The notes under the pieces were generated by a model, which worked only from the letters and a program-made list of their open reading frames with translations, searched no databases and was not told where the DNA came from. Source: Candidatus Multivoradales bacterium (lineage in GTDB: Bacteria > Acidobacteriota > Thermoanaerobaculia > Multivoradales > J023). From it: a DNA stretch of 64,000 nucleotides. Below are positions 58,363-64,000 of the stretch, one piece after another (positions within the stretch are counted from its first letter, which is position 1; each line of letters starts with the position of its first letter). The position numbers and the translations under genes are program-made. Location of the stretch: positions 32,001 to 96,000 of the forward strand of contig CBDFLE010000004.1 in assembly GCA_965248925.1 (NCBI GenBank). Reading direction: 5' to 3'.

Positions 58363-60810
58363 ATGAAGTCTAGCTTCGTCAAGGCCGAGCACCTCGAGCT
58401 GCCGGTAGTCCCGCTGCGGGACATGGTGGTATTTCCCCACATGATGGCGCCGTTTATCGTCGGTCGCGAGAGTTCCGTGCGCGCATTGGAACGCGCCTTG
58501 GCCACTGCCGACAAACGCCTCTTCCTGGTCACCCAGCAGGATCCCAAGATCGACGATCCGCAGCGCGAAGACTTGCAGGATATTGGTGTCGTGGCACGGG
58601 TGATCCAGAACCTAAAGCTGCCTAATGGCAACGTCAAGGTGATGGTCGAAGGCGAGCGGCGAGCGCGGCTGGTCGGATTCATCGATGGTGAGGAAGGGTT
58701 GATGGCCGAGGTCGAGGCCTTCGAACTGACCTACCCGATGAGCGAGAAGCTCGAGACCTACATGGGTAAGGTCTTGGCCAGTTTCGAGCAGTACGCCAAG
58801 TCCTCGCACCATCTGGCCTTCGAAGGTCTGATGCCTAATCTCAAGCTCGACGACCCGGATCGTTTTGCTGACACGCTGGCTTCCCATCTGGTGATCCCAA
58901 CACCTGAGAAGCAGAGCCTGCTTGAGTTGGTCAATCCTTACGAGCGCCTGCAACGTCTGCACGACCTGATCGAAGTCGAAGTCGAGAAGGTCAACATCGA
59001 CAAGCGCATCAACGTGCAAGTCAAGAAGCAGATGGAAAAGGCGCAGAAGGAGTACTACCTCAACGAGAAGGTCAAGGCGATCCACCAAGAGCTGGGCCGC
59101 AAGGACGATCGCACCGACGAGCTGAACGAACTCAAAGAGCGAATCGCTGATTGTGGCATGCACAAGGAGGCGCGGGAGAAGGCCGATCAAGAGCTCAAGC
59201 GTCTCGAGGCGATGCCGCCGGTGTCGGCCGAAGCCACCGTCTCACGCAACTACATCGAGTGGTTGGTCAGCGTGCCGTGGAAGAAGAAGAGCCGCGAGCT
59301 GCGCGACCTCAAACGCGCTGAGCGCATCCTCGATGAAGACCACTTCGGTCTCGACAAGATCAAAGAGCGCATCTTGGAGTTCCTGGCGGTGCGTCAGCTG
59401 ACTCGCAAGACGCCGATGTCGATCATCTGCTTCGCCGGGCCTCCAGGAGTGGGCAAGTCTTCGTTGGCCAAGTCGATCGCCCGCGCCACGGGCCGAAAAT
59501 TTGTTCGTCTATCCCTCGGCGGGGTGCGCGATGAAGCCGAGATCCGTGGCCACCGCCGGACCTACATCGGTGCTTTCCCCGGTCAGATCCTGCAGATGAT
59601 GAAAAAGGCCAAGACGGTTAATCCGGTCTTCTTGCTCGATGAGATCGACAAGATGGCGATGGACTTCCGCGGCGATCCGGCGGCGGCATTGCTCGAAGTG
59701 CTCGATCCGGAGCAGAACGATACCTTCGTCGACCACTACATGGATGTCGAGTACGACCTCTCCTCGGTGATGTTCATCGCCACCGCCAACGTGCTGCATA
59801 CCATTCCGCCACCCCTGCGCGACCGCATGGAAGTGATCGAACTCTCCGGCTACACGCCGAACGAGAAGCTCTCCATCGGTCAGCAATTCTTGGTCGGCCG
59901 GCAGCTTGAAGCCCATGGTCTGAAGAACAGCAAGGTGACGATCGACGCGGCGGCGATCCGCGCGTTGATAGATGGCTATACCCGTGAGGCTGGGGTGCGC
60001 AACCTGGAGCGCGAGATCGCTTCGGTGTGCCGCAAGCTGGCACGCAAGGTGGTGGCTGAGGCCAAAGACAAGAAGCCCAAGAAGGCGATCAAGACAGTTG
60101 ATTTGTCGGTCGAGGGCGCTGAAGCGATTAGCGACTTACTCGGCAAACCTAAGTTCCGTCGTCGGCGCAAGCGCGAGAAATCGATGGTCGGAGTGGCTAC
60201 CGGCCTGGCTTGGACCGAAGCCGGTGGTGAGTTGCTCGAGACCCAGATCGGACTGATGACCGGCAAAGGCAAGCTCACCCTGACGGGTCAGTTGGGTGAT
60301 GTCATGCAAGAGTCGGCTCGCGCCGCGGTGAGCTATGTCCGTAGCCGAGTCGATATTCTGGGTATCGATCCAGAGTTCAACAGCAAGCTCGATGTTCACC
60401 TTCATGTTCCGGAAGGGGCGATTCCGAAAGACGGGCCGTCAGCCGGTATCACCATGGCGACTTCCTTAGTCTCTGCTCTAACCGGGATTGCGGTCCGCAA
60501 AGATGTGGCGATGACCGGCGAAATCACTCTGCGGGGGACGGTGTTGCCTGTTGGCGGAATCAAAGATAAGATACTGGCGGCCTTCCGCGCCGATATCACT
60601 GAGATCATCCTGCCAAGGGACAACGAGAAGGATCTGGAAGATATCCCAAGCGAGATCCGCGATGTGCTGACCGTGCATCCGGTCGAATCGATGGATGAAG
60701 TGCTCCGCGTAGCACTTGACGGCGAGATCACTCCTTTAGCCGAGGTCCAGGATAAGTTCGATAAGCCCGCGGCCGATGGCGCCGCGGACCCCGGTTCGCT
60801 GGCCCACTGA
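58363..60810 (+). CDS. lon: Lon protease
   Basis: [22 protein letters not shown]. Confidence 0.97.
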   Translation: MKSSFVKAEHLELPVVPLRDMVVFPHMMAPFIVGRESSVRALERALATADKRLFLVTQQDPKIDDPQREDLQDIGVVARVIQNLKLPNGNVKVMVEGERRARLVGFIDGEEGLMAEVEAFELTYPMSEKLETYMGKVLASFEQYAKSSHHLAFEGLMPNLKLDDPDRFADTLASHLVIPTPEKQSLLELVNPYERLQRLHDLIEVEVEKVNIDKRINVQVKKQMEKAQKEYYLNEKVKAIHQELGRKDDRTDELNELKERIADCGMHKEAREKADQELKRLEAMPPVSAEATVSRNYIEWLVSVPWKKKSRELRDLKRAERILDEDHFGLDKIKERILEFLAVRQLTRKTPMSIICFAGPPGVGKSSLAKSIARATGRKFVRLSLGGVRDEAEIRGHRRTYIGAFPGQILQMMKKAKTVNPVFLLDEIDKMAMDFRGDPAAALLEVLDPEQNDTFVDHYMDVEYDLSSVMFIATANVLHTIPPPLRDRMEVIELSGYTPNEKLSIGQQFLVGRQLEAHGLKNSKVTIDAAAIRALIDGYTREAGVRNLEREIASVCRKLARKVVAEAKDKKPKKAIKTVDLSVEGAEAISDLLGKPKFRRRRKREKSMVGVATGLAWTEAGGELLETQIGLMTGKGKLTLTGQLGDVMQESARAAVSYVRSRVDILGIDPEFNSKLDVHLHVPEGAIPKDGPSAGITMATSLVSALTGIAVRKDVAMTGEITLRGTVLPVGGIKDKILAAFRADITEIILPRDNEKDLEDIPSEIRDVLTVHPVESMDEVLRVALDGEITPLAEVQDKFDKPAADGAADPGSLAH

Positions 60811-61135
60811 GGGCTGAGTCGCCAGGCCGCGGATCGCCCTAGCGAGGCGGCGGTGCCGCCCAGCGAGGGTGGGCCGAGGGTAGCGATTCCCAGACGCATT
60901 GCAATTTGAGAGTCCAGGGACGATAACCGCCCCATTCGCGCTTCGAGTATCGAGATTTTGAGCCCGACGGAGAAAGGCACTTCGGGCCTGACAGGCTCGC
61001 CAGGTGCCGGGACCAAGAGTCGTCTGGACTACGAGATATCTGGGCTGCGTGCCGCCGCGCACTTCTGACGCTTCATCATTGACAGCCATTGGCCTTGACG
61101 ATCTAGGAGAAACCACCAGGTTTCACGAGGCAAGC

Positions 61136-61746
61136 TTGAGAATTGATTCAGCAGAGTTGGCCTGTTCGGCGTATCTCGAGTCGCAGCTGCTCAGTGATGG
61201 CAGGCCGGCGGCAGCTTTCGTTGGGCGCTCCAATGTTGGCAAGTCAACGATGATGAACCGGTTGTTGGGGCGGCGCAAGTTGGCACGAACCAGTTCCAAG
61301 CCTGGTCGTACCCGGTCGGTGAACTACTTTCTGATCAATGATCGTTGGTATTTCGTTGATCTGCCCGGTTATGGCTACGCCAAGGCCTCGAAGGCTGATC
61401 GCCAAGACTGGGCGCGGCTGATCGACGCCTACTTACGCTCCTGGACGCCAGGCTCGGTGTTGATCCAGTTGGTCGATGGCAAGGTGGGTGCCACAGTGTT
61501 GGACCTGCAGGCTCACGAATACCTCTGTGACTTGGGAATCCGGCCGTTGGTGGTCGCGACCAAGATCGACAAGGTGCCGCGCGGCAAGCGGCCCAAGGCG
61601 CTGGCGGAGATCCGCCGCCGCTTGGACATCGAGGCGGACGAGATTCTGGCCTTCTCGGCTCCGTCGAACGAAGGCATTAAAGACGTTTGGAAGGCAATTC
61701 TGGCCGGTATCGAATCGACGGCACGGCCTCTAACAACGGGAACATC

Positions 61747-61750
<4 letters not shown>
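61136..61750 (+). CDS. engB: Ribosome biogenesis GTPase YihA/YsxC
   Basis: [28 protein letters not shown]; TTG start after GAGG. Confidence 0.93.
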
Positions 61751-63225
<1,475 letters not shown>

Positions 63226-63391
63226 GGTCCCGTTACCGTGTCTTCCACCCCCGGAGCGGTCCCCCGTGCCGCCCCGGGGGGGCCAGCATCTCGGCCCGCC
63301 GCTTGCTCTAGCTGGCCTTCCGTCGACCGGGCACCGGTCGTATACTCCGAGCTTGGATCCTTCTCACCATTCGACGCCTTTGCCGACCGAG

Positions 63392-64000
63392 ATGAGTCGG
63401 GACGCGACCGCGCTACGGTCCGGAGAGGTTCTCTGTGGCTGGGGGCGCTTGCCGGTCGCTGGTCGAGAGCTGCGGTCGGAGAACCTCGAGCGAGTTAGTC
63501 GAGGCTTGCCCTTGACCCGTGGATTGGGCCGTTCGTATGGCGATGCCTCGTTACCACCGCCCGGACGGCCACTGGTGGCTGGATCACGGGTGGCTGATCG
63601 TCTGCTTGGTTTCGACCCGGCAACTGGGCTGCTACACGCCGAGGCGGGCTTGTCCTTGGGCGAGATGGAGCGTGTGTTCTGGCCGCGGGGCTTCTCGCCA
63701 CCGGTGCTGACCGGCACTCGCCATGTGACCCTCGGCGGGATGGTGGCGGCCGACGTTCACGGCAAGAATCACCACGTCGCCGGCACCATCGGCCGGCATG
63801 TCGAGCGTCTGCGTTTGCTAGTTGCCGACGACTCGGTGCTGTGGTGTTCACGGCAGCAGCATGGTGAACTCTTTCGCGCCACTCTCGGTGGCATGGGACT
63901 GACCGGCCATATTCTCGAGGTCGAGTTGCGGCTCGAGGCCATCCCCAGCGCTTGGATCTACTGCGAGAGCGAGCGGGTCGCCAACCTCGATCGGTTTCTT
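63392..64000 (+). CDS. FAD-binding oxidoreductase (DprE1-like), runs off the window
   Basis: Hand translation GWGR...[11 protein letters not shown]...[16 protein letters not shown]...[11 protein letters not shown]; absent from the ORF track because it has no stop in the window. Confidence 0.88.
   Translation, partial: MSRDATALRSGEVLCGWGRLPVAGRELRSENLERVSRGLPLTRGLGRSYGDASLPPPGRPLVAGSRVADRLLGFDPATGLLHAEAGLSLGEMERVFWPRGFSPPVLTGTRHVTLGGMVAADVHGKNHHVAGTIGRHVERLRLLVADDSVLWCSRQQHGELFRATLGGMGLTGHILEVELRLEAIPSAWIYCESERVANLDRFL

Noticed and set aside
63519-63710. 63-aa ORF suggesting a frameshifted gene
   Set aside because: A different frame from 63392 is open to the window end and encodes the FAD oxidoreductase

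Overview
A GC-rich bacterial chromosome segment; the gene repertoire suggests an Acidobacteriota-like organism (inference). Most of it is housekeeping and envelope genes: a sigma-54-type ABC efflux operon, M28 and M14 peptidases, xerD, LytS/LytTR, korAB, lepB, ampG, lnt, prfB with its programmed +1 frameshift, trmH, two tRNAs and tig-clpP-clpX-lon-engB-rho. Three regions stand out. (1) A 15.6 kb Rhs polymorphic-toxin locus (35.4-51.0 kb) has a signal-peptide-bearing Rhs and three toxin/immunity pairs. Inside it, between two identical in-frame 32-bp rhs repeats, sits a 7.6 kb element. The element encodes a primase-helicase with helically phased iterons, a XerC-like recombinase with a dif/cer-like palindrome, two SymE-like genes, an XRE repressor and its own signal-peptide leader fused to a toxin tip. 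It is a candidate self-replicating toxin-tip swapping system. (2) A ~650-nt hairpin-dense region at 3.8-4.45 kb has no credible ORF, starts with a cobalamin-riboswitch-like module and has no gene downstream, so it is a candidate large ncRNA. (3) An AT-rich intergenic region with DnaA-box-like motifs at 24.4-24.8 kb may be oriC. All calls come from reading the sequence; no searches were run.
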